A DNA stretch of 64,000 bases from Myxococcota bacterium (GCA_965140415.1 OZ223209.1:352001-416000), one strand, 5' to 3'; counted from the first letter of the stretch, positions 8,367-19,778 are shown. A program made the numbers and translations. Notes: generated from the letters alone by a model not told the origin.

Positions 8367-10892
8367 ATGCTGAACAGGAAAAATCGAATCTTGCAAAGCG
8401 TAGGGATGACGCTCTTGATCGCAGCCTTGGTCATGTTGTCACTCGGTTGTTTTGAAGACGAAGACGACGTTCAGGACACCGACGCCCAGGTGGAAAAAGA
8501 TCCCACGCCACCCGCCGTGGCACAAGTTGAACAGCGTAAGCCGTTGACCCCGGAACAGGTTGCAGCGCTCAACAAAGCTGTGGAACGCAAGAACAAGTTA
8601 TTGAAGCAAGCCTACGACAGCATGCCCGAGGGGGGTGAAAAGACGCTATCGCCCTATTTCTTCGTGCTCAGTGAAGATCCATCTTCCGAGCAGTTGCCGC
8701 TTAAATCCACCCGTGCGGACGTGCGTATCTCCGGCGTTATCGCCCAGGTGAACATCACCCAGGTTTATAAAAACAGCGGTGAAAAGACCATCGAAGCGAT
8801 CTACATTTTCCCGACGTCTTCCCAGGCGGCGCTGTACGCGATGAAGATGACCATCGGCGAGCGCACCATCATCGCCAAAATCCGTGAGCGTGAACAGGCG
8901 CGGCAGGAATACGAACAGGCAAAAGAAGAGGGTAAAACAGCCAGCTTGTTGGAGCAGCAGCGTCCCAACGTCTTCCAGATGAATGTCGCCAATATTCTGC
9001 CCGGCGACGAAATCAAGGTCGAGTTACAGTACACCGAATTGCTGGTTCCCGATGCAGGTGTGTACGAATTCGTGTATCCCGCCGTGGTGGGACCGCGCTA
9101 TTCCAACGTTCCAGAACAAAACGCGCCCGACACCGAAAAGTGGGTACAGAACCCCTACACCAAAGAAGGCGAGCAGGCGCTGTATACCTTCGGGCTGGAT
9201 CTGGATCTCATCAGCGGTCTGCCCATCGGCGAAGTCACTTGCCCCAGCCACGATATCAAGGCGGAATTCAGCGGTCCCAAAGCGGCGGCGGTACATCTGC
9301 CCGAAAGCACCGAATCCGGCAATCGCGATTTCGTGCTGAAGTATCGACTGGCTGGAGACAAGATCGAAGGCGGTCTGTTACTGTATCCCGGCGAAAAGGA
9401 AAACTTCTTCCTGTTGATGATGGAACCGCCCAAGCGTGTGGCCAAAAACGAAATCGTGCCGCGCGAATACACCTTCATTCTCGATGTCAGCGGCAGCATG
9501 CACGGCTTTCCCATCAATACCAGTAAGACCTTGATGCGCGAACTGTTCAGCAAGCTGCGCCCGACCGATTCCTTTAACGTCATGCTCTTTTCCGGCAACA
9601 ATTCGGTATTAAGCGAGAAAGCGCTTCCGGCGACCCAGGCCAACCTGGACAAAGCCATGCGCGTTATCGACCAGCAACGCGGCGGCGGTGGCACCGAACT
9701 GGTTCCGGCCATGAAACGCGCGATGGCGCTGCCTCGCATTGAGGGGCTCTCGCGCATTCTCATTCCGATCACAGATGGTTATGTCTCCGTTGAAAAAGAA
9801 GTGTTTCAGATCATCGCCGAGAACCTGAACGAAACGAACGTGTTTTCCTTCGGCATCGGTTCGTCCGTCAACCGTTTCCTGATCGAAGGCATGGCGCGCG
9901 CCGGTATGGGAGAACCCTTTATCCTGCTGGATGCAACGGGAGCCAAGGAAAAAGTGCTGAAGTTCCGCGACTACATCCAGAGCCCGGTATTGCAGGGAAT
10001 CCAGTCGGAATTTAACGACTTCGATGCCTACGACGTAGAGCCGATCGCCTTGCCGGATCTCTTTGCCGAAAAACCGGTCATCCTGTTCGGTAAATATCGC
10101 GGCAGCGCCAAGGGAGCCATCACCATCACCGGTCGTACTCCCAAGGGAGAATTCAAGCAGACCATTCAAGCGAAGAGCGGAACGAGTTCCAAGGAAAACG
10201 AGGCGTTGCGCTATTTGTGGGCGCGCCATCGCATCCTGCGTCTGTCCGACATGAACAAGTTGGACTCGACCGACGAGCGCAAGCAGGAAGTGACGAAACT
10301 GGGACTGGACTACAACCTGATGACCGAATTCACCTCGTTTGTCGCCATCGATTCGCTGGTGCGCGCCACGGAGAAAGGCGAAACCGTTACCCAGCCTCTA
10401 CCGCTGCCGCAGGGCGTCGGCAATCTGGCTGTGGGTGCCAGCATGGGTGGAAAGCGTCGTATGCTGCGCAGTCCCACCTCTTCCAGAAAAATTATCGCGG
10501 AAGAAGCTTCGATCGATGTCGATGAAGCGGAACCTGCTCCCGTAAAAGCGCCGGTCGGTAAAGTGACGCTGCTGGCGGACGAATTGACCATCAGTGGCGA
10601 CTGGAACAAAAAGAAAGTGATGAAGGCATTACTGCGTAGCCGTCCGAAACTGAAGCTCTGTTATGAAGATCAGTTGGCGACCAATCCGAAACTGGGCGGC
10701 AAAGTCGTGGTGGAAATCAAGCTGGACGAAAAAGGCCAGGTACAATCCGTGGCGATTATCGTTTCGGGGTTGGGTAGCGTTCAGGCCGATGCCTGCATCC
10801 TGGAGCAACTGAAGAAAGTGCGTTTCCCGAAACCGGGTAGTGCAAAACCGGCGACGATACGCGCCAGCTTCAGCTTCGAAGTGAAGAAATAG
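8367..10892 (+). CDS. VIT + vWA lipoprotein with C-terminal AgmX/PglI (TonB-C-like) domain
   Basis: SLG-C lipobox; VIT ([26 protein letters not shown]); MIDAS DVSGSM, GGGTEL, ITDG; C-terminal [16 protein letters not shown]...C.....KVRFPKP. Confidence 0.85.
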   Translation: MLNRKNRILQSVGMTLLIAALVMLSLGCFEDEDDVQDTDAQVEKDPTPPAVAQVEQRKPLTPEQVAALNKAVERKNKLLKQAYDSMPEGGEKTLSPYFFVLSEDPSSEQLPLKSTRADVRISGVIAQVNITQVYKNSGEKTIEAIYIFPTSSQAALYAMKMTIGERTIIAKIREREQARQEYEQAKEEGKTASLLEQQRPNVFQMNVANILPGDEIKVELQYTELLVPDAGVYEFVYPAVVGPRYSNVPEQNAPDTEKWVQNPYTKEGEQALYTFGLDLDLISGLPIGEVTCPSHDIKAEFSGPKAAAVHLPESTESGNRDFVLKYRLAGDKIEGGLLLYPGEKENFFLLMMEPPKRVAKNEIVPREYTFILDVSGSMHGFPINTSKTLMRELFSKLRPTDSFNVMLFSGNNSVLSEKALPATQANLDKAMRVIDQQRGGGGTELVPAMKRAMALPRIEGLSRILIPITDGYVSVEKEVFQIIAENLNETNVFSFGIGSSVNRFLIEGMARAGMGEPFILLDATGAKEKVLKFRDYIQSPVLQGIQSEFNDFDAYDVEPIALPDLFAEKPVILFGKYRGSAKGAITITGRTPKGEFKQTIQAKSGTSSKENEALRYLWARHRILRLSDMNKLDSTDERKQEVTKLGLDYNLMTEFTSFVAIDSLVRATEKGETVTQPLPLPQGVGNLAVGASMGGKRRMLRSPTSSRKIIAEEASIDVDEAEPAPVKAPVGKVTLLADELTISGDWNKKKVMKALLRSRPKLKLCYEDQLATNPKLGGKVVVEIKLDEKGQVQSVAIIVSGLGSVQADACILEQLKKVRFPKPGSAKPATIRASFSFEVKK

Positions 10893-10899
10893 GCTAGGA

Positions 10900-12570
10900 T
10901 TGAAAGAGGCTGAAATACCCCGCTCTTTTGAGGAGGCTGTCATCGAATCCAAGCAACCCGTGCTCGAAATTTCCATCGGCGGTCACGCGCCGGTCATGCT
11001 GCCGTTAACGGAACGTCGCCTGCGTCTGGGTCAGAGTCCCTTCAACGATCTGAGCTTTCCTGATGCGCCCATCGCACGACAGCAATGCGAACTGTTGCGG
11101 CAGAAGCGCAGCTATAGCCTGTCGGATCGTTCCGGAGTGGGCACCTGGATCAACGGTCATAGCGCCACCGAACATGAACTGGCGGAAGGCGACCGCATCG
11201 AGCTTGGCGATGTGACGCTTCGCTACCACCTGCAACAGGTTCACACCGATAACCTTGTATCGGATAAAACTGCGATTTTGGCGAGTCCGCGCAAACAGCC
11301 GACAAGCAGGCGATTGAGTTGGACCGTCAATGGCGAGAAATTTCGACGCACGATCGAAGAACCGTTGTTGATCGGCGCATCCCATGACAATCACATCCAA
11401 CTCACCGATTCCTACGTTTCCGGTCGCCACTGCCAGTTGATTCCCACCGATCAGGGGGTCGTGCTGCGCGATCTATACAGCACCAACGGCACCTGGATCG
11501 ACGAGTTGCGCGTCGGCGAGGTGATTCTTCCGGCGAAACAGCGTTTTCGCATCGGCCAAACGGATTTTCTTTTCGAGGGCGACTCTCCCGCCGAACAGAG
11601 CCGACAGCCTTCTTCCTTTTACGGACTAGTGGGCTCGCATCCTTCCATGATGAATCTGCACCGTGCATTGCAGCGGGTGGCGCCTTTATCCGATCCAGTG
11701 CTGCTATACGGTGAAACCGGCTGCGGCAAGGAACTGGCCGCCCGTGCGATTCACGAGCAGTCGTCACGCGCCGCACAGCCTTTCGTTGCCGTTAATTGCG
11801 GCGCATTGGCGGCGCAGTTGATCGAATCGGAACTGTTCGGACATGAAAAAGGGGCCTTTACCGGTGCGACCCGCAAACACACGGGCGCTTTCGACGCCGC
11901 GAAAGATGGTACGGTCTTTTTGGATGAAATCGGCGAACTGCCGCTGGAATTGCAACCCAAACTATTACGCGCTCTAGAGCAGGCAGAAGTCAGACCGGTG
12001 GGTAGCGAACGCGTTCACCACCACAAGGCGCGCATCATTGCAGCCACCAACCGCGATCTGGCGGAAATGGTGCAGGAAGGCTCGTTCCGAAAGGATCTGT
12101 TTTACCGGCTTTCCGTGTTACCGATTACCATTTCACCGCTGCGTGAACGTCGCGAGGACATCCCGTTACTGACCGAACATTTTCTGCGTGCGGCGGGAAA
12201 GAACCTGCGCCTGTCTAAAGCGGCTTCGGAAACCTTGTTCTACTATTACTGGCCGGGGAACGTGCGCGAACTGAAAAACGCCGTCACCGCCAGCTTGTGT
12301 TATCACCCGGAAGCGGTGCAGCAGGGCTTATTGGACGACGAGCACCTGGTGTTAAACGGTCCCGGAGTATTGACAGCGGCACTGAAACAAGAAACCGCTG
12401 CGAATTCACAAGGATATCAGGGGCAAACCTTGCAGGAAGTGGAAACCGACCTGATTCGGGAAGCCTTGCTCTACTTCGACGGCAACAAGAGTCAAGTCAG
12501 CCGCGCACTGGGTATCAGTAAATCCACATTATACGAACGCATTCGACGCTATAGGCTGGAAGATCACTGA
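10900..12570 (+). CDS. Sigma54-dependent enhancer-binding protein with two N-terminal FHA domains
   Basis: FHA motifs ([13 protein letters not shown]), [29 protein letters not shown], Fis-type HTH; start uncertain. Confidence 0.9.
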   Translation: MKEAEIPRSFEEAVIESKQPVLEISIGGHAPVMLPLTERRLRLGQSPFNDLSFPDAPIARQQCELLRQKRSYSLSDRSGVGTWINGHSATEHELAEGDRIELGDVTLRYHLQQVHTDNLVSDKTAILASPRKQPTSRRLSWTVNGEKFRRTIEEPLLIGASHDNHIQLTDSYVSGRHCQLIPTDQGVVLRDLYSTNGTWIDELRVGEVILPAKQRFRIGQTDFLFEGDSPAEQSRQPSSFYGLVGSHPSMMNLHRALQRVAPLSDPVLLYGETGCGKELAARAIHEQSSRAAQPFVAVNCGALAAQLIESELFGHEKGAFTGATRKHTGAFDAAKDGTVFLDEIGELPLELQPKLLRALEQAEVRPVGSERVHHHKARIIAATNRDLAEMVQEGSFRKDLFYRLSVLPITISPLRERREDIPLLTEHFLRAAGKNLRLSKAASETLFYYYWPGNVRELKNAVTASLCYHPEAVQQGLLDDEHLVLNGPGVLTAALKQETAANSQGYQGQTLQEVETDLIREALLYFDGNKSQVSRALGISKSTLYERIRRYRLEDH

Positions 12571-12613
12571 AAGTTATTCCGAACGTACACCGCTTCTAAA
12601 GGAAACAGGTATC

Positions 12614-14239
12614 ATGCAGAATTCGACATCATCTTCACGCTGGTTATGTCTTCTACTTATTTCTTTGATTGCCTTCGCATGTGGTGACAGCAACGACTCC
12701 GGCAATGAACCGGATGGCGACAGCGACGTAGTGGAAACGGAAGAGATCGAGCTGGAACCCGTGCCGGAGGGAGAAAAAGTAGCGCTTACTTTGGACATTG
12801 AAACTCCCATTGCTACCGTGAGCGACAAGTTCCTTTCCTTTGCCGTCGATACCTCGCAGGTCGTGGGCGGTCACTGGTGGTCGGAGGGGCAACCCGCTGG
12901 AACGGTGGGCGCGCAGTTATGCGATCCATATGATTTTTCCCGTCCAAAATTGCGTTTGCTCGCAAAAGCGTTGGCTCCGGCTTATTTACGCATCGGAGGT
13001 TCGGAAGCGGATGTGGTGGCCTACGATCTGACCGACGATCCGCCCGAAGACGCTCCCGAACCCTTTGAATTCGTCTTTTCAAAACAACGCTGGGATGCCG
13101 TCAACCAGTTCGCGATGGATATGGGTTTCGAGGTTTTCTTTACTTTGAACGCCGGACCCGGCTGCCGTAACGAGGACAAGTCCTGGAACCCTGAATGCGC
13201 CAGAGAATGGATGCAATACACCCGCGAACAAGAATACCCAGTATCCATCTGGGAACTGGGAAACGAGATTAACGGTTACCCGCTGTTTCACGGTTTTGAA
13301 TGGACGATCAGCGGGGAGCAATACGCTGCGGATATCGCCAAACTCGACGATCTTCGAGACAGCGTGGACCCTCAAACTTTGATTGCCGGACCTTCCTGCG
13401 CTTTCTGGCCGCTCTGGGGTGAGATGGCGGCGATTTATCCCGATTTCATGGCGGCAGACGGAGGAAGCCTGCTCGATGTGATTACCTGGCATTACTACCC
13501 GCAGCAGTCCGAACGCTGCCCGCTGCAAAGCCTGCCAGCCGAAGAATATACGATGCTGGACCCGACAAACCTGAATGAAATCAACACCTGGGCCGATCAG
13601 GTCGAGGAAGCACGAGAAGGCGCGGCTGCTGAAACTCCGGTGTGGCTGGGCGAATCCGGCAATGCGCAATGTGGCGGTCAGGTTGGCGTATCGGATCGTT
13701 TCGTCTCAAGCTTCTGGTGGCTCGATCAACTGGGACAGATGGCCAATCGCGGACAGCCGGTGGTCGTCCGCCAGTCGCTCTCCGGTTCCGATTACGGCAT
13801 GATCAATGACAGCACTTTGGAACCTCGACCCGACTACTGGATGTCGCTGTTATGGAAACGGAATATGGGAGAACGAGTGCTGCAAGTACGGGAAAAAAGC
13901 TCGCTACTGCGTAGCTACGCGCACTGCCTGCCCTCCTTTGATGAGGATTCCACCGGCGGGGTGGCCGTGCTGCTGTTGAATCTGGACCGGGAGAATTCGG
14001 TTATCGCAACGCTGGAACAATTGCCGAGCTCGTTTGAGGTATATGAAATCAGTGCCCCCGATCTGTTGGGGTACGACGTTCGACTGAACGGCGAAACCTT
14101 GCAGGTTCCTGAAGATGGCCCGCTACCTGTGCTGGAGCCGATTCTGGTGCATCACGGCAACCCGGCCTGGTTTGAAGTCCAACCGACCAGCATGGTGTTT
14201 ATGCGCTTTACGGATGCGGATCTGCCGGCTTGTCGCTGA
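12614..14239 (+). CDS. GH79 (heparanase/beta-glucuronidase-like) lipoprotein
   Basis: AFA-C lipobox; LAPAYLRIGG, WELGNE (acid/base), VWLGESG (nucleophile), WWLDQLG, PRPDYW. Confidence 0.85.
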   Translation: MQNSTSSSRWLCLLLISLIAFACGDSNDSGNEPDGDSDVVETEEIELEPVPEGEKVALTLDIETPIATVSDKFLSFAVDTSQVVGGHWWSEGQPAGTVGAQLCDPYDFSRPKLRLLAKALAPAYLRIGGSEADVVAYDLTDDPPEDAPEPFEFVFSKQRWDAVNQFAMDMGFEVFFTLNAGPGCRNEDKSWNPECAREWMQYTREQEYPVSIWELGNEINGYPLFHGFEWTISGEQYAADIAKLDDLRDSVDPQTLIAGPSCAFWPLWGEMAAIYPDFMAADGGSLLDVITWHYYPQQSERCPLQSLPAEEYTMLDPTNLNEINTWADQVEEAREGAAAETPVWLGESGNAQCGGQVGVSDRFVSSFWWLDQLGQMANRGQPVVVRQSLSGSDYGMINDSTLEPRPDYWMSLLWKRNMGERVLQVREKSSLLRSYAHCLPSFDEDSTGGVAVLLLNLDRENSVIATLEQLPSSFEVYEISAPDLLGYDVRLNGETLQVPEDGPLPVLEPILVHHGNPAWFEVQPTSMVFMRFTDADLPACR

Positions 14240-14343
14240 AAATGCTTGAAGTTCACAAAGCCTTCCGCATCTTGAAGCCGCTTGTGGTAGGATAGCCGTC
14301 ACATTGAGAACGGAAACGCGACTGAATCGACAAGGAACGAAAC

Positions 14344-15333
14344 ATGGCGAAACATAAGGAGAAAGAAGTCAAATCGGGTATCCAGCTAACGCAAGGTATC
14401 CGCGAGATGAGCCAGGGCAAGCCCATGCTTGGCGTGGCTTTCGGCAAACGCATGAAGATCGCCATGCTGATTTTGCTGGTGGCTTCGACCTTGGGAATTC
14501 TGTTTCTGGGCTTAGGCACCAATGCCTACGTCGGTATTGCGGTGGGTGGTATGCTGCTGGCGTTGCCGATTCTGGTGCTGGTTCAGAATTATTTCTTGGA
14601 TATGGAAGTCAGCCGTAACAAGAAGAACGTGGTTTTTGTGTTGATCGTCGCTCTGATTCTGGCTACCGGCTATCCGCTTATCACTCCGCTATTGCCTGGA
14701 CGCTTTGCCCTGGATGCGTCGTTTTCGAAAGTAGGCGAAAGTTTTAATATCACGCCGCAAACAGGTGGTGAGCGAGAATGGATGGTGGATGTTGAAGGAA
14801 CGCTAGAGCCGGTTGAAGCTCCTTATGATGTTCCCTATGTTCTGCGTATCGGGGATCGGCGTCACACTTTGATCAAGGGTAGCTTGTATCGAGGCTGGGA
14901 TGACGCCACTGCCAAAGATCGCCAATTGATCGATGTGGAGAGTCGTCGCCATACGCTTAGCATCGATTTAGGTGGCAACCCCACACTCGAACTGGTGGAG
15001 CAGAATGGTCCCCTGGTTGGACCGTTGAAAGTCACCATTCACAAACCGACGGTCCCCTGGATTTACCTGCTGCTGGTCGGAATTCCATTGCTGCTGGTCG
15101 GAGCGGCTATCGATTTGTCCGAAGCTCCCAAGATCAAGCAGACTTTAGTGAGCAACATCGTGGGATTTATGCTGATTTTCAGCTTTACCTACGCCATTCA
15201 TTTCAATGCGGAAGCCTGGTTCGGTCCGGCATTGCTATCGTTATTGGGTGGCGTGGTCGGCGCATTCTTTATGGGCTGGGCGGCTCCGACTTTTTTGGGA
15301 CCGATCGCCAAGCGGCTTCCCGGTGTGAAGTAA
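14344..15333 (+). CDS. Hypothetical integral membrane protein
   Basis: Three N-terminal and three C-terminal hydrophobic segments around a soluble loop; AAGGA RBS. Confidence 0.7.
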   Translation: MAKHKEKEVKSGIQLTQGIREMSQGKPMLGVAFGKRMKIAMLILLVASTLGILFLGLGTNAYVGIAVGGMLLALPILVLVQNYFLDMEVSRNKKNVVFVLIVALILATGYPLITPLLPGRFALDASFSKVGESFNITPQTGGEREWMVDVEGTLEPVEAPYDVPYVLRIGDRRHTLIKGSLYRGWDDATAKDRQLIDVESRRHTLSIDLGGNPTLELVEQNGPLVGPLKVTIHKPTVPWIYLLLVGIPLLLVGAAIDLSEAPKIKQTLVSNIVGFMLIFSFTYAIHFNAEAWFGPALLSLLGGVVGAFFMGWAAPTFLGPIAKRLPGVK

Positions 15334-15356
15334 GCTAAGCAGCAAACCTGCCACGG

Positions 15357-17654
15357 TTATTTATAGTGGCAGAACTCTTCGACCATGCATAAGGTGTAAT
15401 TGTTGTCGATCTCTTCGCAACAGGAAGCACCATAGAATTGTGGGTCGCAGTCTTCCATCTCCTGGCACTCTTCCGTGCAAAAGCTGACACCGCAATAACC
15501 ATTGGCACATTCAGCGTGACTGCCTAAATAATTTTGGCAATCCAGACTCGAAGTGCAGCTCACCGCCTGTCCCGAGCTTTCGTCGGCGTAGAATCCAATG
15601 CAGTAAAGGCCACTGCCGCAGTCTCCAGCATCGGCATGCACCAGGCCGAAGGAACAGGTTTCTCCGGCATCCCTTGTACCCTGGCCGTAACAAAAGGCCG
15701 GCAGCAAGCAATAGCCAGGATCGTTATCCTGACAACAGGCACCTTGCCCGTAGATATCCGCCGAGCAGTCGGAGTTGCTGTTGCAGGCGGCGGTGCACCA
15801 ACTCACACCACAATACCCTTGGATGCACTGTCCCAGATTTCCGAAGTATTGTTCACAATCCGCAGCGAAGTTGCAGGGCAGCGGCGTGTCATCGTTCAGC
15901 CAGATACCGGCGCATTCCAGATCGTCGGCGCATACTCCGGCCTGGGAATTGATTTGGCCGAAACTACAGGTTTCTCCTTCCTGTCGGATGACTTCCCCTT
16001 GGCATAATACCGGCAGCAGGCATACTTCTTCGCCGGGATTGCCGCCGCAGCAGGAATCCAGGCCATAGCTGTCCATATCGCAGTGCTCTTCGGCATAACA
16101 GGCTCTGGTACACCAACTCAACCCACAGTAGCCGTTGACGCATTGCGTGTTGCCCGCACCGAAAATGTGCTCGCAGTCAAGATCTCGCGTACAGGGTAAC
16201 TCCATTTCGACTGGCCATGAGCCGTCGAACATCAAGCCCGTACAGAAGAAATGATCGTCAGCACACTCACTTTCGTTTGGGAAAATATCGCCAAAACGGC
16301 AGGGTTCTCCTGCCCGCTGTGTTGGTGGGAAATCGCAGAACTCGAAACGATAACACGAGTTGCCGTAAGTTCTATGCACGCAGCAACCACCGTCCGGTCC
16401 GAAGCCGCTGTCGGGGCAGTCTACGTCTTCTTCGCAGTTGCGCGTACAGAAGCTGTAGCCGCAATACCCTTCGGCGCAATCACCTGTCACACCGAATAGC
16501 ACACGGCATTCCTGATCGGTTTCACAGGTGATGGCCGAAAAACCGTCGTTGGAATAGGCATTTAAGCAGCGTAAATCTTCCGCGCAGGAATTGTATTCCA
16601 TGTTCAGTGGATAGGAAGGACAAGGTTCGCCAGCCTGTTGAAATTCCTCTTCTTCGCAGAACTCGAACCGATAACACATGCTGCCGCCCCCAACCGGTCC
16701 ACAGCAACCGCCATTCGGCCCGTAGCCCGGGTCCGTGCAATCGTTATCTTCATCGCAATTTCTGGTGCACCAACTTACTCCACAATAGCCGTTGACGCAG
16801 TCGCTGTTCGCACCATAGGCAGACTGGCAATCCTGCACCGAAGAACAGGGAATCCCGGCAGAACCACTGTTGGCGAAAACGCCGACACAGGAAAGAGCAC
16901 TGTTACAATATTCCGCATCGATATTCACATCTTCAAAAGTGCATGGTTTTCCCTCATTCCAGTCGCCATCAACAGTTCCGCAATATTCTTCCAGATAACA
17001 TGCCTTTGAGCCTCCAATTGGTCCGCAACAGCCTCCATAGGTGGTTCCGTATCCCGTGTCCATGCAATCCTGATCCACCTCGCAATCTTTAGCGCACCAA
17101 CTGACACCACAATAGCCCTCGGCGCAATCGGCGTGGGAGCCAAAATGAGAGAGACAATCCTGTATCGAAGAGCAGGGAATCACAGATGAGCTGTTGGTGT
17201 CATTTGCGTATGCACCGATACAATTTAAACCGGCAACGCAAGCTCCTGCATCGGCATGTACCGGACCGTAGGTGCAAATCTCTCCGGCCAGCTGCAAATC
17301 GGGAGCATCTCCGTCTACTGGTTGATCTCCATCTATTGGCAGGTCACCGTCTACCGGTTGATCGCCGTCTATCGGCAGGTCTCCGTCTACCGGTTGATCG
17401 CCATCTATTGGCAGGTCACCGTCCACAGGCAGATCCCCATCTATTGTTATGTCGCCATCGACTGGTTGATCTCCATCCGTAAACGGCTGGTCCTTATCCG
17501 CCGGGGAGTCGTCGCCATCCGAGACCGAGTCGCCGTCTGTGGGGACCGAATCGCCTTGCGAGAAAATGATCACATCATCGGAGGCGCAACCACCGATATA
17601 AAACACGACTAAAAGAATCCAGAACGCCGCCATCGACCGAAATACAGACATCAT
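15357..17654 (-). CDS. Cys-rich repeat lipoprotein (DGD linker + six ~105-aa 14-Cys repeats)
   Basis: AAGGAG then ATG at 17654; IGG-C lipobox; repeats of form GExC..G.......C...L.C.G.....C....DC...G....C..GYCG.SWC...C..D.DC....YG..CC.....C....C. Confidence 0.85.
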   Translation of the reverse strand: MMSVFRSMAAFWILLVVFYIGGCASDDVIIFSQGDSVPTDGDSVSDGDDSPADKDQPFTDGDQPVDGDITIDGDLPVDGDLPIDGDQPVDGDLPIDGDQPVDGDLPIDGDQPVDGDAPDLQLAGEICTYGPVHADAGACVAGLNCIGAYANDTNSSSVIPCSSIQDCLSHFGSHADCAEGYCGVSWCAKDCEVDQDCMDTGYGTTYGGCCGPIGGSKACYLEEYCGTVDGDWNEGKPCTFEDVNIDAEYCNSALSCVGVFANSGSAGIPCSSVQDCQSAYGANSDCVNGYCGVSWCTRNCDEDNDCTDPGYGPNGGCCGPVGGGSMCYRFEFCEEEEFQQAGEPCPSYPLNMEYNSCAEDLRCLNAYSNDGFSAITCETDQECRVLFGVTGDCAEGYCGYSFCTRNCEEDVDCPDSGFGPDGGCCVHRTYGNSCYRFEFCDFPPTQRAGEPCRFGDIFPNESECADDHFFCTGLMFDGSWPVEMELPCTRDLDCEHIFGAGNTQCVNGYCGLSWCTRACYAEEHCDMDSYGLDSCCGGNPGEEVCLLPVLCQGEVIRQEGETCSFGQINSQAGVCADDLECAGIWLNDDTPLPCNFAADCEQYFGNLGQCIQGYCGVSWCTAACNSNSDCSADIYGQGACCQDNDPGYCLLPAFCYGQGTRDAGETCSFGLVHADAGDCGSGLYCIGFYADESSGQAVSCTSSLDCQNYLGSHAECANGYCGVSFCTEECQEMEDCDPQFYGASCCEEIDNNYTLCMVEEFCHYK
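17301..17477 (-). repeat. 18-bp tandem repeat encoding DGD-x-P-x hexapeptides (~10 units)
   Basis: DGDQPV/DGDLPI alternation visible in DNA and protein. Confidence 0.9.
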
Positions 17655-17794
17655 CGGCTCCTTCGCATACGAATCGAAAACGAAACCACCCTCCACACAT
17701 GCGGATCTCATTATGCAGAACAGCTTCGATTGTTACAGATTTGACGCAGGATTGCAAGTCTTACCGGGCGGGATGACGGAAAAGAGAAGTGTTT

Positions 17795-18355
17795 TCAATA
17801 CGGAAACACAGGGGGTCCATGCTTTTCGACGTGTTGTCGCAAAGCCTGCACGAAGCTTTGCTGTTGCGCGTCGTTCTCGAATGCTCGGGTGGGAATGACG
17901 TGGGCGCTGATGCTGTCAATAAATACGAAAAGATGCTCCGCTTGCTCCACGATTTCGTGAATGCCTTCCCAGCGGGTCAGTTGCTCGCCATAGGCGGTGC
18001 GCTCCCGGAAGCCGTCTTCTTCGATAGTAAAGGTCTTTTCGCCCAGCAGACCGCTATTCGGATCGGCCAGCTTGATGACACGCCGAAAGTTTTTCAGCAT
18101 GCCTTTTCTGATTAGCCGAGGCAGGAAGGGAAGCACGATCAAGGTGGCGATGGCAAGAGGAATAAGCCGGATGAAATCATCGACATAGAGCGAAAGAAGA
18201 ATCGCCAGAGCCGCCATCAGAAGCAGATACGCGCCGATACCGGTAATGATGGTACGGCGATAGACGGAGCGATGCTTGACGAAGTAGGCGTAGCTGTTAA
18301 ATGCGACGAAATCTTCTTGTGTCACCTGCACGGTAATCGATGCGGCGGCGTCCAT
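17795..18355 (-). CDS. YcxB family membrane protein
   Basis: Two TM segments then TFTIEEDG....W..I..I.....HLFVF....AHVIPTRAF. Confidence 0.75.
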   Translation of the reverse strand: MDAAASITVQVTQEDFVAFNSYAYFVKHRSVYRRTIITGIGAYLLLMAALAILLSLYVDDFIRLIPLAIATLIVLPFLPRLIRKGMLKNFRRVIKLADPNSGLLGEKTFTIEEDGFRERTAYGEQLTRWEGIHEIVEQAEHLFVFIDSISAHVIPTRAFENDAQQQSFVQALRQHVEKHGPPVFPY

Positions 18356-18378
18356 GCTCTATCCTCTTGACGTTTCGT

Positions 18379-18759
18379 TTATTTCCCTGCGATCAGGTCG
18401 ATCTCCACCATACCGTTTGCGGGTAGTTTCGACACTTGAACCGCCACACGCGCAGGCGGGTCTTGTTCGAAAAACGAGGCGTAGACTTCGTTGACGGCGG
18501 GGTAGTCTGCCAGATCGACCATGTAAATGGTGGCCTTTAACGCATTGGCCATGCTCATCTGAGCCGCTTCCAAGATCGCCTGCAGATTCTTCATGGCCTG
18601 GCGGGTCTGGGCGCTCACATCGCCGTCCACCAGTTTTCCGGTTGCCGGATCGATGCCCAGGCTACCGGAAGCAAACAGCATATCGCCATATTGAACCGCC
18701 TGCGAATATGGCCCCAATGCTTTCGGAGCTTGATCGGTATGGATGATCTTCTTCTGCAT
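18379..18759 (-). CDS. ridA: RidA family reactive imine deaminase
   Basis: APKALGPYSQA, SGSLGIDP, NEVYASFF..PPARVAV.V..LP....VEI; GGAGG before ATG 18759. Confidence 0.92.
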   Translation of the reverse strand: MQKKIIHTDQAPKALGPYSQAVQYGDMLFASGSLGIDPATGKLVDGDVSAQTRQAMKNLQAILEAAQMSMANALKATIYMVDLADYPAVNEVYASFFEQDPPARVAVQVSKLPANGMVEIDLIAGK

Positions 18760-18858
18760 GATTTTCCTCCCACACTTCCGCATCTTGCAATACCACATCC
18801 CACAATCCGTTGTGAAACCAGTTGTGCGCTCAACAATTAAATCTTGATTGCCTTAACG

Positions 18859-19758
18859 TTACTTCTTTCTCGACAGTAGCGAAACAATTGGGATCTTCCT
18901 GAATATTTCAATGGTTTTGAACAGGTAGCGATCTATCGTTTCAAGATGACCGGTAATTTCATTAAGTTTAGGATAAATTCCAAGTTGTAGGAGAACTCCA
19001 ATACCCAGTACCCCACGTTCAATATCCCTGCGTAGCCATTCATTGGCGATTCGCGCGGTGTATATCTGATTCGAATTGTCATTGATTGAATTATTGTAAG
19101 TTACATTTTCCGAAATGGGACGTATATGGTAACAAGCAAGCTCTTCTGGAAGAACCCAAATATCGTATTTCAACAAAAATCGTATCATAAACTCAACATC
19201 GCCAGCTGAACGGTAATCAGGATTGTACATGCCGACACAATCATAAACATCGCGTCGATATACAAAACTATTATTCGGCAGACAATGATAGTAGTTTCCA
19301 AGAACAGTCACTGCTTTCAAATTCGGATTAAGAGGATTACGAGAAAGTTCTATGCAAGTATTTCCTTCAATTCTTTCTTCCACTAACATACTGCGACAAG
19401 CTGCTCCGGCAAACTGCGGATCATCACAGGCTTCCAGGAAACCAATTGTTTTTTCAAGGAATGTAGGAAACCAAGTGTCGTCATCGTCTAAAATCGTCAC
19501 ATATTTACTTTGACAACTTTGTATCGCTTTTACAGCAGCGCCTTCCATACCAATGCTTTTATCATTATGTAGCACAATTAATCTACCTGAAAAGCGGTCC
19601 TTGAATCGCGTAGCCAGTTTATTCACAGGATCAGGATCTCCCCCATCATTGATGACGACCATCAGGTAATGCTGCCAAGTTTGATCGAGAACGCTTTTCA
19701 TCGCCCGTTCGAGCAACAAGGGTCTATTCTTTGTTCGCGTAACAATAGCAATATCCAT
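18859..19758 (-). CDS. Glycosyltransferase family 2 (AT-rich)
   Basis: IAIVTRTKNRP, INDGG, ILDDDD, GDVEF..R; hand-counted 60-mers give 32-40% GC versus ~58% in the neighbouring RSH gene. Confidence 0.85.
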   Translation of the reverse strand: MDIAIVTRTKNRPLLLERAMKSVLDQTWQHYLMVVINDGGDPDPVNKLATRFKDRFSGRLIVLHNDKSIGMEGAAVKAIQSCQSKYVTILDDDDTWFPTFLEKTIGFLEACDDPQFAGAACRSMLVEERIEGNTCIELSRNPLNPNLKAVTVLGNYYHCLPNNSFVYRRDVYDCVGMYNPDYRSAGDVEFMIRFLLKYDIWVLPEELACYHIRPISENVTYNNSINDNSNQIYTARIANEWLRRDIERGVLGIGVLLQLGIYPKLNEITGHLETIDRYLFKTIEIFRKIPIVSLLSRKK

Positions 19759-19778
19759 AACCGCGATTCTCCCGTTTA

